A stretch of DNA of 51,734 nt, counting the filler, from Jimgerdemannia flammicorona (Eukaryota), in assembly GCA_003990765.1 (NCBI GenBank). It is 2 parts of 2 records of this genome, joined end to end, with 100 filler letters (N's around TTAATTAATTAA, not from the genome) between each part and the next. Parts side by side here need not be neighbours in the genome. Positions count along the whole stretch, not along the records: positions 1 to 25,817 come from RBNJ01000786.1; 1 more part is not named here. One strand, written 5' to 3'. The notes below the pieces were generated by a model. The model was not told where the DNA came from. It was given only the letters and a program-made list of their open reading frames with translations, and did not search any database. Numbering within the stretch: position 1 is the stretch's first letter; each line of letters opens with the position of its first letter. Position numbers and translations under genes: made by a program. Positions 1 through 12,614 of this stretch are shown piece after piece.

Positions 1-1
1 C

Positions 2-796
2 AAGATTATGATAGACAGTAGTGCCTCAGGCAACTTCATCAATGAAGAGACAGCCAACAGACTCAAGGTCTTCACCTCCCCAGTACAGCAAACTCAAGCA
101 GTTGCTACAGCTGATGGAACCTCACATGTTATTAGCAAAGAAGTCTGCAATCTACCCTTCCGAATTGGTGACTACTGAGTACATGTTACCCTCCAAATTG
201 TACCACTTCCTGATAATAAAATCATCCTTGGGACCCCATGGTTAAAACAAGAGAACCCCATGATTGATTGGGTAAACCATTCTCTGACCATCAAGAAAGA
301 ATGCCACAACTTCAAACTATAAGGCAAAAAGGACTCACTCAACTCTAGTGACTCTGGACTAAAGATCACCCACATCAACAAGCTACAACTCAAGAAATTG
401 GCCAAGAAATGCCCTCTCTTCGCCATCTCCATCTGACCATCCAAAGGAGAACCCGAGAACTCTGAGGAAGATTTTTCCAAAGTTGACAACCATGTCAGAC
501 CACTACTCCAGAAATTCTGAGACATATTCCCAAAGAAGCTCCCGAAAGGCCTACCTCCCAAACAAGCAGTAGACCATGCAATCAAGACTATTCCAGATGC
601 CAAGCCAGCCTTCAAGTCAATCTACCACATGTCTCTGAGAGAAATTGATGCACTCAAGAAGGAAATCGATGAACTCCTAGAACAAGGATTCATCAGACCC
701 TGTGTATCACCCTATGGTGCACCAGTTCTCTTTATTGTCAAAAAAGGAGGAGACCTGCGAATGTGCATTGACTACTGTGATCTCAATGAGCAAACC
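2..796 (+). pseudogene. pol: Gypsy pol fragment: aspartic protease plus RT N-terminus
   Basis: Frame 2 reads KIMIDSSASGNFI (degenerate DSGA active site), ILGTPW, then [35 protein letters not shown]. Several in-frame stops; ends at the deletion junction near 796. Confidence 0.88.
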
Positions 797-852
797 AAAC
801 CAAGAACTCAGCAGAACAAAATTAGAAGGCCCCGACGAGGACGTCGAAAGCT

Positions 853-866
853 AAGAAGGGGAGAGT
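853..866 (+). other. Polypurine tract, copy 1
   Basis: AAGAAGGGGAGAGT immediately before the TGTAAG LTR start; same sequence at 29062-29075. Confidence 0.85.
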
Positions 867-1122
867 TGTAAGTGCACAACCTCCAAGCCACCGAAATTAC
901 ACATGACCTCCAAACAAATCTGGAAATCACCTGCTTGATCATGAAGCTGAGTCAAACCAAAGTCACAGTGCACAAAGATGAGTCAATATGAAGTCACAGA
1001 ACACAAGATTTACACAAACGGAACCTTACCAATCAAGACCAAAGGCATATATACTGAGCACCGAGATGCGTCGAATCAGAAAACCAAAACAAACAACAAC
1101 CATAACTTCCAAACACACAAAC

Positions 1123-2220
1123 ATTATCACTGAGATCTACAACCGTATCTGTGCTGACATTTGGAATACCATTGTCAACCAAGCCACACCCCCTCTGCCC
1201 CTCATGAATATCCATAGCCTAGCACCCCTCTACTTCGTAGAAGTCTGATGGAATGCCCTGAACATGCTTAGCGAGGCCCACCGAATCGGACAAATCTCAA
1301 GCTACTACCAGATCGGCTGCCTCCTGGAAGACATGGTCAATCACCACCATGATACAGATATTACCCAGATGTCTCAACACCAGAAGCTCATCACCCACAA
1401 ACATCGAGAACTTTTCTACGAGTACAGTACCATTATTCCCTGCCTCTGAGTCACTACCAGCGAAATGGTTGCTACCCTGTCCTATGGCCAAATTGATGAC
1501 ATGATACAAGAACTCAACCACAAGTACCTCGAGTATGTCGAAACCACAGATAGAACCTTCCCACACCCCAATGATCAAATCCTACAAATGCCCCAAGTTG
1601 GATATGCTATGAAGGATGTCTATGATATAATCCACTTCGATGAAGATGAAGCAGAAGACAATGATCCCTCTGACACCAACATGACCTCTAGCCAAGGATC
1701 TCTGCCAACTCTGATCACTCTGCCAACCTTGCCAATGAACTTACAACAGTTCATAACAGTATACAAGACTTATTGGGACAATGACCACTGGCACAAATAC
1801 CAACCTGCATTCACCCCCAACTACTTCAACCACAATGAAGAGACCGGAGAACACAACCTATACCTCCAGACAACCCTTGAGATTGAACCAACCACTCTAC
1901 CACCTGAGTACGAGTGACATGAACTACAGCCGCCAGCTTACTACAATCCTGCAACTCATAGTGCTGTAACCTATAGAAGGTATGCAGACAGTGAATCCGA
2001 CGAAAGCAAAGACAATATACCCATCCTTCACCCACCAACACCTTATCCAGCATATGAGACAGACGATGCTATTCTGTGGGACAGAGATGAAGTTCCAATG
2101 TACTATTACCTCAGCGAACAAGGAGAAGTAATCTGTGAACCATTATTTCTAGACAACTACTTTATCAGAGATGATGCAATTGATGGTGATGTCATCGAAG
2201 ACTACACAGATAGTGCCTAA
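1123..2220 (+). pseudogene. Disrupted copy of the LTR-internal ORF
   Basis: Same 1098-nt span as 29363-30460. ATG is now ATT, with in-frame TGA stops at ~1246, ~1447 and ~1915. Confidence 0.85.
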
Positions 2221-2409
2221 ACCCATAAATAGCCTAGCAGTCATAGTATAGTTAGATTAGCTTTGTACAACGTGACTGTGAACTTACTCAGTAGTCAGAT
2301 GATCTCTTGACATGTCAGATCACACTTGTACTACGTGACTGCATTCCAACTCAGCAAGGCACTTAATGCTACATCCATATCTAGCATAGTCCAGATAGCC
2401 CCTCACTAG

Positions 2410-2417
2410 TATAAATA
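2410..2417 (+). promoter_or_regulatory. LTR TATA box, copy 1
   Basis: TATAAATA followed by a C-rich tract and a downstream AATAAA; conserved at 30650-30657. Confidence 0.65.
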
Positions 2418-2905
2418 CCCCCTCCCCCAGACCTCAGAATCTCAGACTTGAACAGACTCGAACACACAAGAACATTCCTGAATACTTCCCCACAATACCT
2501 TTTACACAAATACTCCTAGTATAGCAATATCATGAATAGCAAATAAACCTATTCCATAACCCACAAACCACTCTTAAGTAAATCTGCTCTCTGTTAGGAC
2601 CTACTCCTAACCCTGTCACGAAATTTCCTAATTGGGTATTGTCTGCAGCAATATGGCAATTCAACTAAGCTGGTCTTAGTCTCTTAAACTTCCTGAAATA
2701 TGGAAAATCCTGAACATCTAGAACTAGTCCAAAAAAGGACTTTGGTTGAGATGTCAACCCAATCTTGAAATCAATAAGCGTAGAGGACATACTCCATACG
2801 AAATTGATCTTGACCATAAGAAATCGGTCTTCCAGAACATCTAGAATATCTAGAAAACCTTTTCAGAACTACATAACGGTCACCCTAAAAAGTAACCCTC
2901 TTACA

Positions 2906-5900
2906 ACCTTGCCCAGCCACACCCTCCAGACATGGTCATAGACCTTCTCCTGGTCTAAAAAAAACAATCTTCCATCCAATCCACAAGCCTGTACTTCTTC
3001 AATAATGCCATGAACTCAGGCAGTCCTATCTCTGATAAGCCTACCTCCAATAAAGCCCTGCTGCTCCTCACCCAGCACCTGTTGGGCAACCTTTTATAGC
3101 CTTGCAACCATCACCTTGGTCACCATCTTCCTGTCCATATCCAGAAGCATAATCAGTCACCAGTTCTTTCAGTCCTCCATCCTCTCCTTATCTTTATACA
3201 ACAATGCCACCAACCCCAAGTCCTGCTCTCCAACCTACTCACCATTCAGGAGAACATGGTCACAAAGGGCTGCCATCTCTCCCAGAACTTCAGGAACCTT
3301 TGCTATCTTCTTCCAAAAGTCCCAAGGTAGCCCATTCTCCCCTGGTGCTATTCCAAGCTAGGTTGCTGCAAGGACTCTCTGGATCTTCTCCTCTTGGACT
3401 GGAAGGATCAAGTCACCAAGGCCCTCTACTTGTGGTAGTTCTCAATCCTCTGGCATATTTCCAATTGCCTCCTCATTCTCACCCCCTTCTTTCTCACTTC
3501 ACAGACCCCTCCACCTCTCCTTCAGTATCCCCAAGATCTGTTGTATACTATGCACTATTTCCCCCTCTACATCCAGGATCCCATTACACTGATGCTGCAC
3601 CCTCCTGGCCTGGAGGAGCTGCAACAAGTACTTAGTAGGCCTCTTCCCCTCCTCAAGACCCTGACACCACAGCCTAGCCACCATTCCTCTCATACACATC
3701 TCCTTCTCCTCTCTCAACATCTGTTGCAACTCCATCATCTCCTATTTTGCCCATGCCAACCTCCAATCATCCATCTCACCAGAATTTAACAAATCAGCCC
3801 ATTCTATCTGTAGTCTAATCAGCTGATTGGAAGCACACCTCACTCTTTTTCTTCACTACTTTCCTGCCTCTATACCAGCTCCTCCCCAGTAAACCCATAC
3901 AGTCTCTTTCAACTTTAACCATTGAACACCCACTGGCAACCCCTCACATGTCTAGCCAGCAATCTTTACTTGAATGTCCTCCACCCATAGGTCCAACAAA
4001 ATCTTCTCAGCCAGTAGAGAGGAGTTAAGGTACCAATGTCCAGGTCTATCTCCACTCCCCCCAAACTGCCCCTGCCCCAAGAGACCCCAATGGTCAGACC
4101 ACAAGCACCATGCTACTTCCAGAGTCTTCCAAACATCTATTCTCCAGCATTCGGCTGTCAGGATCCAGTTAATCTTTGTATCCAGTCCATTCACCCAGTG
4201 TGTGTAAATCCTCCTGTATCCCCACCCTGTCCTCCTCATATCTCCCAGAGAGCTAAGATTCTCCACCTCCTCCCACATGTCCAAGCCACCACTCCTACCA
4301 CCAGTACTCCTTTCTTCATCAGTCTTATCCAACTGAATATCCCATATCATATTAAAGTCCCCACTCAGAATATCGACCCCCTCCTCCCGTAGAGTGCTCT
4401 CTTCCAAAAGATCCTTAATCTAAGCAATCCACTCACCCCTAACTACTGGGCAGTAGTAAGATCCAATTATCACTGACACCCACCCAGGTCTATGCCACTC
4501 CCCCCATACCAAATTGTCTCCCCAGCTTCTTATTTCACCTAAGTCCTCTTTACTACTCCTCACCAAAATTGCCACTTTGCAAATCCAAGCTGCAGATCCT
4601 CCACAATCTTTAGTCCATGTCTCCTGATTCTCATCATTCTTACATCAAACATTCTATAGCAGAAAAAGATCAGCCTCCAATCTCTTAAGCCAAGTGAAAA
4701 TATTCTAATACCACCCAGAGCCCTGTAGATCATTCATATTCAGAGAAAAAATATTGGTTGTACTATTCATTGGGAATAATGTTTAGAAGTTCTGCTCCTC
4801 CTCTACAAGTCCACATTTATTCCTTCCCTTACCAAGTCCAGTTTGTGTTTGCCATCCACTTCCTCCTCTGCAGCTATCTTCACCTCTAATCCCACCAGAA
4901 GTTCAGCCATCTCCCCATCCTCCTTTTCCTCAAACTTCTCTCAATACTCCAGACATGCCTTCTGTCAGAGCTACAACTCATGATACTCTATCCAACAGAA
5001 TGCAGTCCTCTCACTGGCCACAATTGCTAGCTCAGCCTCTCTTTTCTTATCAATCTCATACCCCTTCTCCACCAGAAAAATTGCAAGCACCTCAGCCTTC
5101 AGTGCCTTGACAACCACATCACTATGCAAAATCTTTACCCAGTACTCCTCACTCATCACTCTCAAGTCCACCTCACCCAACTCTTCTGCTATAAAGTTGT
5201 TCATTATCTTGCTCATCCACAGAAGATTCTCCACCTCCTTTCCACCTGCAGATGCTGACCTTCCTGCACTCAGCATCATTGTGTCTGCTCCTGTACTTGC
5301 AGATACATCCCACTCCTTCTCCATGATGTCCACCAGCTCATCCTCACTAACTGCCACCAACTGACCCCCCTTTCTCCACATTGGGACCTTCAAAATGAAC
5401 TCACTGGGCACCATACATTGGCATATCCTCTACCCCCCAGCTTCTCACTGCAGGACCCCTTCTGATAAGAGGGAGGAGATTGTCATCCAAGTCCTGTTCC
5501 CAGACTTCAAAGGTGCCATCTGCATATGGTTTATTGGGTAGCGACTTCTCAGCTCCCTTCTGATCCTTCTCATCATCCCCCCTCCCCTTTCCAGCCCAGA
5601 TACTCACCTTGGCACCCTCAGCCTCCTCAACACCACCATCATTCTTCTTTGCCCTACCCTCCATACTTGCCAACAGCTCTCTCTCTTATACCCTTGTGCT
5701 CTCTCCCATTGCCTCCTATCAGTACAGATATGCTTTTCTTCCACAATCTCCAAATGCATTGACTCTATATACTTCTTCCATACCTTTGCTCTCCACTCAA
5801 CAACTCCACTCATCTCCTCCAGAACTTCCAAAAGATCCTTCTCCTCCTCCTCACTCCCTTTCACCCTCAACACCCAACAAATGAAAGCCCCCCATAGTAT

Positions 5901-6913
5901 CACCAATGGCCAGTCACTTGTCTTTCCAGTGGCCTCCTTCTCTGCTAGTCAAATCCTGATATCAACATCTCTAGTCTTGATGGTAGTCCCCTCTCAAATC
6001 TGGAAACCAATATCAACCACATCATCATACTCTGCCATCACCTCCTCAATCCTCCTTCTCGTCTCAACTGCCATTACCATAGTCACCTCCTTTACCATTA
6101 ACTGAACCACTCTGGGGTCCCACCTCAGACAGCACACCATAGGGACCACCACTTCCCCTACAGCCACTCTAGTCTTCAGAGCCTCTTTCAGTGGGCCTGC
6201 CTCCTCAAAGCCCACCTCAACCTCCTTCAGACTCTTCAGGAACTTCACCGAGGTAGCCCCAGCTACCTGCTTTGAGATAATCCCCAAGACTATCCTTACT
6301 GTCACTGCTAAGCCCCAGAAGCACAAGATTGCAGCAAACTCTGAAATTGACTTATTGAGTAACAGTGCCACTGCCAGCTCTATCACACCATCCATCAGGT
6401 CCCCCTTCCCCTTTGGGAACCCCTGTTTCACCCTGCCATCAGCTGTCACATCTTTTTTTTTTTCTGATTCCCCATCACACTCCTATTAACAGTCACTCCC
6501 CCAGCAACAGTACCTCTAGCATCTATGCTCACATCCCTTGCCTGAGTACCACTCTCCCTTCTGACACCAGTACTTGTCTTGCCCTTCCCCTTGGCAGCAC
6601 TAGCCCTAGTGCCTGCTGGCTATCCACTCTCCTTCACCTTGTCTGCAAAGCTAGGGGGGCCAGGCCTTCCACCATTTCCACCTGACACCAGTTCTCCTCC
6701 AGAGCCCTCTCCACCCTTTGACCCTCCAAAGACCGCCATCTCCTATCTATAACCTCTTCCCACATTCTGCCAGCCAAATACCCCAGGTCCACCTGACCCA
6801 GCATACCCATTGGAACTTTAGCTTGATGACATTTTTATAGTACCTTTTCTCCAAGTTGTGTTGAAAACTATTGCTTGAAGTTGGTGTAACATAAATTGTA
6901 CAAGAGAAAGGTG
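2906..6913 (-). mobile_element. L1/Tx1-like LINE copy A (5' end to mid-RT), decayed, interrupted by Gypsy copy 1
   Basis: ORF1 remnants (RWDPRVVQL, AEYDDVVDIGF), APE motifs (MNSTTNIFSLN, GDFN, SDH), and RT DQEKxYD next to the LTR end. Family 5' motif at ~6885-6913. Confidence 0.88.
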
Positions 6914-8841
6914 AACCACTGAGACAGCCTTGATGATATTTTTATAAATACTGGAGGGAGTGAGGTGAACTTTGAGGAGGCTAGATCATTAGAGAAGACT
7001 TTGAAGACTGGATTGACATTTGAGAAGGTAGCAGTACTAATAGTATATTGCTTAAGGTGGGACCCCAGAGTGGTCCAGCTTCTGGTGAAAGGAGTTTCTA
7101 TATTGATGACTATTGAAACTAAGCAGAGAGTAGAGGAGATGATAGTGGAGTATGTATAGTGATATAGTGGATATTGAATTCTAAGTCTGAGAGAGTATAG
7201 TATTCAGAACTAAAGATGTAGATGTCCAGCTCTAGCTTACTGGAAGAGAGGCTACTGAGAAGGTTTGAGACTGATCTTCAGCAATAATGTAGAGAGTATT
7301 TGTATGCAAGGTAATGAGTGTAAAGAGGAGTATAAAGGATCTGCCAGAGACTTTGAAGAAGCTCAGTAGAGTGGTAGAGTATTAGGCTATAGTATAGAGG
7401 GCTTATGAGATATTGATGTACTTAGAGATAGTAAATGGAAAAAGATGATAGATAAATAAGATATTGTGAGAGAAGGCTCAGGAGAGGAACTGACAGAAGA
7501 AACAATTGATAAGTTTAAAGGTTAGACCTACTGCTTGGACTAATAGGGCCTCTAGAGGATTGATAGTGAGCATTTGAGCTGAGAGTAGAGCTGGGGGATT
7601 TCTGGAAGATATGGTAGAAAGTAAGGAGGCTAGAGATAGGAGGCTTTATAATAGAGATATGTATGCTAGCAGTTAGAGAGAAGGAAGAGAGGCTAGAGAT
7701 AAGAACTACTGCTCAGAATAAGGAGAGTGAGATAGATGTAAGATGAGAGAGGTATGCAAAGAGTTTGGTTTAGAGTACTCAAAGTAGTGAAGAGAGGGCA
7801 GATAGTTGGAATTTTAGAGAAGGAGTTATAGCATATTTCAGAAAAGATATAAGATGAGTCAGTAAGTGTGGATACTGATATTATGATAAAAGGTGAAGTG
7901 AGACCATTAATCTCTGGTAGGAAGAGTATTGGAGACTTAATGTAAATGATCAAGATAATGAATAGCTTGACTGCTGAAGAGTTGGGCAAGGTGAACTTGT
8001 GGGTGGTTAGTGAGGAACAATAATAGTAAGTATTGAGAGAAGATGAACTAATAGAGAAACTGAAGACTGAAGTATTGGCTGTCTTGCTAAAGGAGGAAGA
8101 TTATAAGATTGATGAGACTAGAGAGGCTAAATTAGTGGCAATTATAGAAGAGAGGACTGTTTTCTGGTTCAAGTAATAATATAGTCTATAATACTAGTAA
8201 GAGACTTACAAGAAATATGTATATATAAGGAGAATATAATGAAGAAGGATGATGAGATAATTATAGAAATTCTGGCCAAGCTGGAGGCAAGGAAGACTGA
8301 GGTGATAGAGGTTGTAATAGAGTATAGTCTGGACTTTACTTAAGAGAAGATAAGTATAGAGCTATGAGGAGTGGGGCTCTTTCTAAAAATTATTTTCCTA
8401 TAAATAGTACAATTAATATTTTCTTACTAAAGGTTAATAACTTCAGAAGCTCCATGAGATATATAATATTTTTACTTAGCTACAGAGTTTAGACACAGAT
8501 CTCTTTCTGTTATAGGATATATACTATAAGAAGAACTTAGATGAGTAAGAGTAGATAAAGGAATAGAGTAGGGCTACAGTTTGGTACATATGATAAGATA
8601 GAGATACTGGTGTAGAGGGACAAAGGTGATCTTAGTAAGATCAGAGGTTAGAAGAAGTAACTAGTTTAGAGAGAGTGGAGGAGCCCTGGGTGAGAGCCAA
8701 GAGTTGTTAACTCTTACTACTATCTTGTAGTTTGAGAGATAGAGTAGAGTGGTTGAATAGACTTCTTGAGTGTGATATACTTACTGAGGCTTGAGTAGAT
8801 ATACTTAGTGGGAAATTTAATATAGTATAGAATATACTTTT
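6914..8841 (+). mobile_element. L1/Tx1-like LINE copy B, part 1 (ORF1 and APE start), heavily decayed
   Basis: CLRWDPRVVQLLVKGV remnant at 6965-7159. Colinear with copy C up to the GxFN region; very TpA-rich. Confidence 0.82.
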
Positions 8842-8926
8842 TTTTTTTTTTTTTTTTTTTTTTTATAGTCCCTTGGACTCCATCTTTATTACCAATCTAT
8901 GAATAAGTATACAATAACACCACCCT

Positions 8927-11900
8927 CTACCCTATCCCCATCGGGGGACCCCTCCCCATCTTATCATGTGTAAAGACCACCCTCTCACCAACAACTCCAA
9001 CTCTCCCACCACTCTGACCACAGATTTTTATCACCAAGCAGCACCTCTGACCCCCCTGCAGCCCCCAACCAAGCCACCAGCCTGTCAAGGTATCCTCCAT
9101 AAGGTACTGCCACCATGATAACTGGCTCCCCAAGCTCTGTTGCCTCCCTTCCTCAAATACAAATAGCCAGTGACTGGCCAGCCCAACTCAAATAGCCATC
9201 GCCCAGCCTAGAGTAATCCACTCTTCCCCTACCCCTCCTATCACGATCCCTCAGATTCTCCCACCTCCCCCATACATCATCATCTCTATGCCTTACCCCC
9301 AAGCGGTCCCCAATGGCCCACCAAAAGTCACCCAACACCTCACACTCCCCAAGCCAATGTTCTGGTATCTGTACAAATCCCCCTTCCTGCCCTACATTAT
9401 GGCACTCCTCGCAGTCAAAGCAGCCCCCTACCACATGGTATCCTGAGCAGAAGTTAAGCATCACATTCCTCCTCAGCACTCGCCACCAGACCACCCAGTA
9501 CTTTGGCGGCATCCAATTTTTCACCATGGCACTCCAGGTCCAAACCCCCTGCCAGTCCCACTCCTCACCAATTCTGACTTCTTGCCAACCACTAGGCTAC
9601 AGATCCTGGCCTGGTCCCCTTTGGCATTCGATTCCATCACTAATATCGAACTCCAGTAAAGGCATGCCTCCCAGAAGAATGCCATCCCATCTCCACATTG
9701 CTGGGCCCCAAGCCCTCTCCCCCTCATCCCCTTGCCAGCGAATACCAATGCGGTGTGCCCCCTTGGCTATCCCCCACCAGAAGCCTTTATATCGCAGTTG
9801 TCCAGTGTTCTGAAGCCCAACTAATGAAAGAAGATCACCAGTCAAGCCTCTTGGTGATGTCCGCCTCTCCCATACCTTCTGTAGCAGGGGAACCCAGCCC
9901 CCTCCACGCAACTCCACTGCCCTCCTAAGCCACCATGCCCTCAAGCAGTGTAGTCTTTTGGAGAAGTCCACCAGCCCAAGACCACCTCTCACCACTGGTA
10001 GGGACAGCATCTCCCAATCAATCTGACTCTGTCTGCCAGCCCAAATCCATCCCTTGGCCACCTTCACCAAACACTTCACCACCCAGGCTGGGAAGTCCTG
10101 ATGATAAGCCAAATACCACAGTTTCAGTAACCAGTATACATTCAAAATCGAGATCCTTCCTGCCAGAGAGAAGTGTCTTCCCCCCCAACCCTGCAGGTCC
10201 TCCTCCCAAATCCCAATCCTCTGCTTCCACCACAGCCTGGGCAGAACAGACCCATAGACTGACAAATATATGCCCAAGTACTGCACTGCCTCTCCAGTGG
10301 GAACAATTGTTCCAATAACCTCTCCACCCACTAGTCCATTGCCTAGCACCATCATTTCACACTTGTGCCAATTCAGCTTTGCCCCAGAGTTCTCCTCATA
10401 CTACTCCACTGTCTTCTTGAGCTCCTCAACATCCGCAGTTACTCTCAAACCAACCACCATGTCATCCACAAAGGCTCCAACTTTCCAGCCAATTCCATGG
10501 ATATGTAGAAAGCCCCACAATCCTCTGCCAAATTCGGTCCATTAGAGGCTCCAAGGAAAGTGCATACAAAATGGGGGACAGTGGGTCCCCCTGGGGCACT
10601 CCCCTACCCAGAGGAAATGCTACCCCTCTATGCCCATTACACACCAGCACAGCCCTACTCCTTTCCAGTAGGCTGACCATCGCTGCCCGAAATGGGACTA
10701 GAACCCCAATCTTATCCAACACTTTCACCAGCCAGACTCGCCACACTCGGTCATATGCCTTCTCCTGGTCCAAGAAGACAAGATGCCCATCCAGTCCACA
10801 GGCTCGAGCACCCTCAATAACTCCATGTACCCAGGCCGTGCCATCTCAAATAAGCTGACCCCCTATGAAGCCCCTCTGCTCAACACCCACAATTTGTTGG
10901 GCCACCTTCTGCAGCCTCGCGACCACCACCTTAGTCACCAACTTTCTGTCCATATCTAGCAACATTATCAGCTGCCAGTTCTTCCAATCCTCATGCCTTC
11001 CCTTGTTCTTATAAAGCAGCATCACCAGCTCAAGATCCTGCTCCCCCACCCATCTCCCTGATTGCAATATGGAGTCACACAGTGCTGTCAACTCTCCCAA
11101 TATGCCCGGGACTCCAACCATTCACTTCCAGAAGTCCCAGGGGAGGCCATCCTCCCCAGGTGCCATACCTGAGGCTGTCGTGGTAAGAACCTGGTGGATC
11201 TCGTCCACCTTTACAGGCATTACCAGGTCACCTAATCCCTCAGCTCATGGAGGGTGCCAATCTTCTAATGTTTGTTCAATGGCTGTAGCATTCGCCCCAC
11301 CCTCCTCCTCACTCCACAATCCACTCCATCGCGCCTTCAGCATTCCAAGGATATCCTGTACACCATGCAATAGTCTACCATCTGAGTCAAGTACCCCTTC
11401 CCACTGCTGCTGTACCCTTCTTGCTCAAAGTGTCCTCGTAAGAAACTTGGAAGGCCTCTCTCCTTCCTCCAGCCCCTGCCAATGAAGCTGCACCACCAGG
11501 CCTTGTACCCTTAACTCTTCCTCTTCCCACAGCACCTGTTGTAGTTCCCCAACCTCCATCTTTACCCTCGTTATTCTTCAATCCACTTCTCCCTCCACTC
11601 CTGTCAGACTTGCCCACTCCTCCAGAAGCCTAGCCAATCTAGCAGAAGCCCAATGCACTCTCTGCCTTTGCTGCCTCCCAGCCACTCTGCCAGCCTTACT
11701 CCAGTACATCCTGGCCATCTCTTTCATCCTCCTCCACCAAACCCCAATTGTGGCCCCTTCTTGCTGCCAATTCGTCACCTTCATCTGAATGTCATTTGCC
11801 CACTCCTCCCACCGGGACTTATCATCCAACAAGAAGGAATTCAGGCACCAATATCCAGGCCCATCACCACTTCCCCGAAAACACCCTGTCCCAAAAGGCC

Positions 11901-12584
11901 CCAGTGGTCTGACCACAGACACCATTCTGCCTCTAGCACTTTCCAAATGTCGCGGCCCCAACAGTCGGCCATCAGAATCCAGTCAATCCTTGTCCCCAGG
12001 CCTCCAGCCCAATGCATATATATCCTCCTGTCCCCCCAGTATTCCCTACCAGCATCCACCAGCACTCCTAGCCTTTCGACCTCCTCCTACATCACCAGCC
12101 CCCCACTCCTGCTCTCAGCACCCCATCCTCCATCAGTTCTATCCAGCCATATATCCCGAACTATATTGAAATTGCCTCCAAGTATATCCAATCCAGCTTC
12201 AGCAAGGATCCCACTCTCCAGGAGCCCTTTCACCCAATCCACATGCTCCCCTCACACAGCAGGGCAGTAACAGGAGCCAACTGTAACTGGCTCCCAACCT
12301 GCATGAATCCACTTACCCCAGACCAGTCTCTCCCCCCAGCTCCTCACATTCTGTATTGCCCCTCTGCCTTTCTGAACCAGAATCCTGACCTTGCTGTTCC
12401 AAATTGCTGTGCCACCCCATTCCCTAGTCCATTCCATTCTATCAGAATCATCCTCACACCTGACATCCTGCGAGAGGAAGAGATCGGCCTCCAATCTCTT
12501 CAACCAAATAAAAATGTTCCTGCATCTAAATGCGCCCCTTAGCCTATTCATGTTCAAAGAAAAAATGTTGGTTGTACTGTTTAT
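8927..12584 (-). pseudogene. LINE C ORF2 (APE endonuclease, RT, Cys/His-rich C-terminus)
   Basis: IFSLN..LFLSQD, RIDW, SDH; DQEKAYD, RGVPQGDPLSP, FVDD, YLG; C-terminal CxxC..HWLGEC. Multiple stops and frameshifts. Confidence 0.92.
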
Positions 12585-12614
12585 AATGAAATACGGTTTG
12601 TTTGCAATCAATCC

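Larger units (their letters stand above)
1..2905 (+). mobile_element. Ty3/Gypsy (chromovirus-family) LTR retrotransposon, copy 1: 3' part, internally deleted
   Basis: Protease remnant, RT start, PPT and a TG..CA LTR. High similarity to copy 2 (25918-31136), but most of RT-RH-IN-chromodomain is missing. Confidence 0.93.
867..2905 (+). repeat. 3' LTR of copy 1 (~2.04 kb)
   Basis: Starts TGTAAG and ends CTTACA (terminal inverted repeat). Follows the PPT and is colinear with 29076-31136; similarity stops exactly after CTTACA. Confidence 0.93.
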
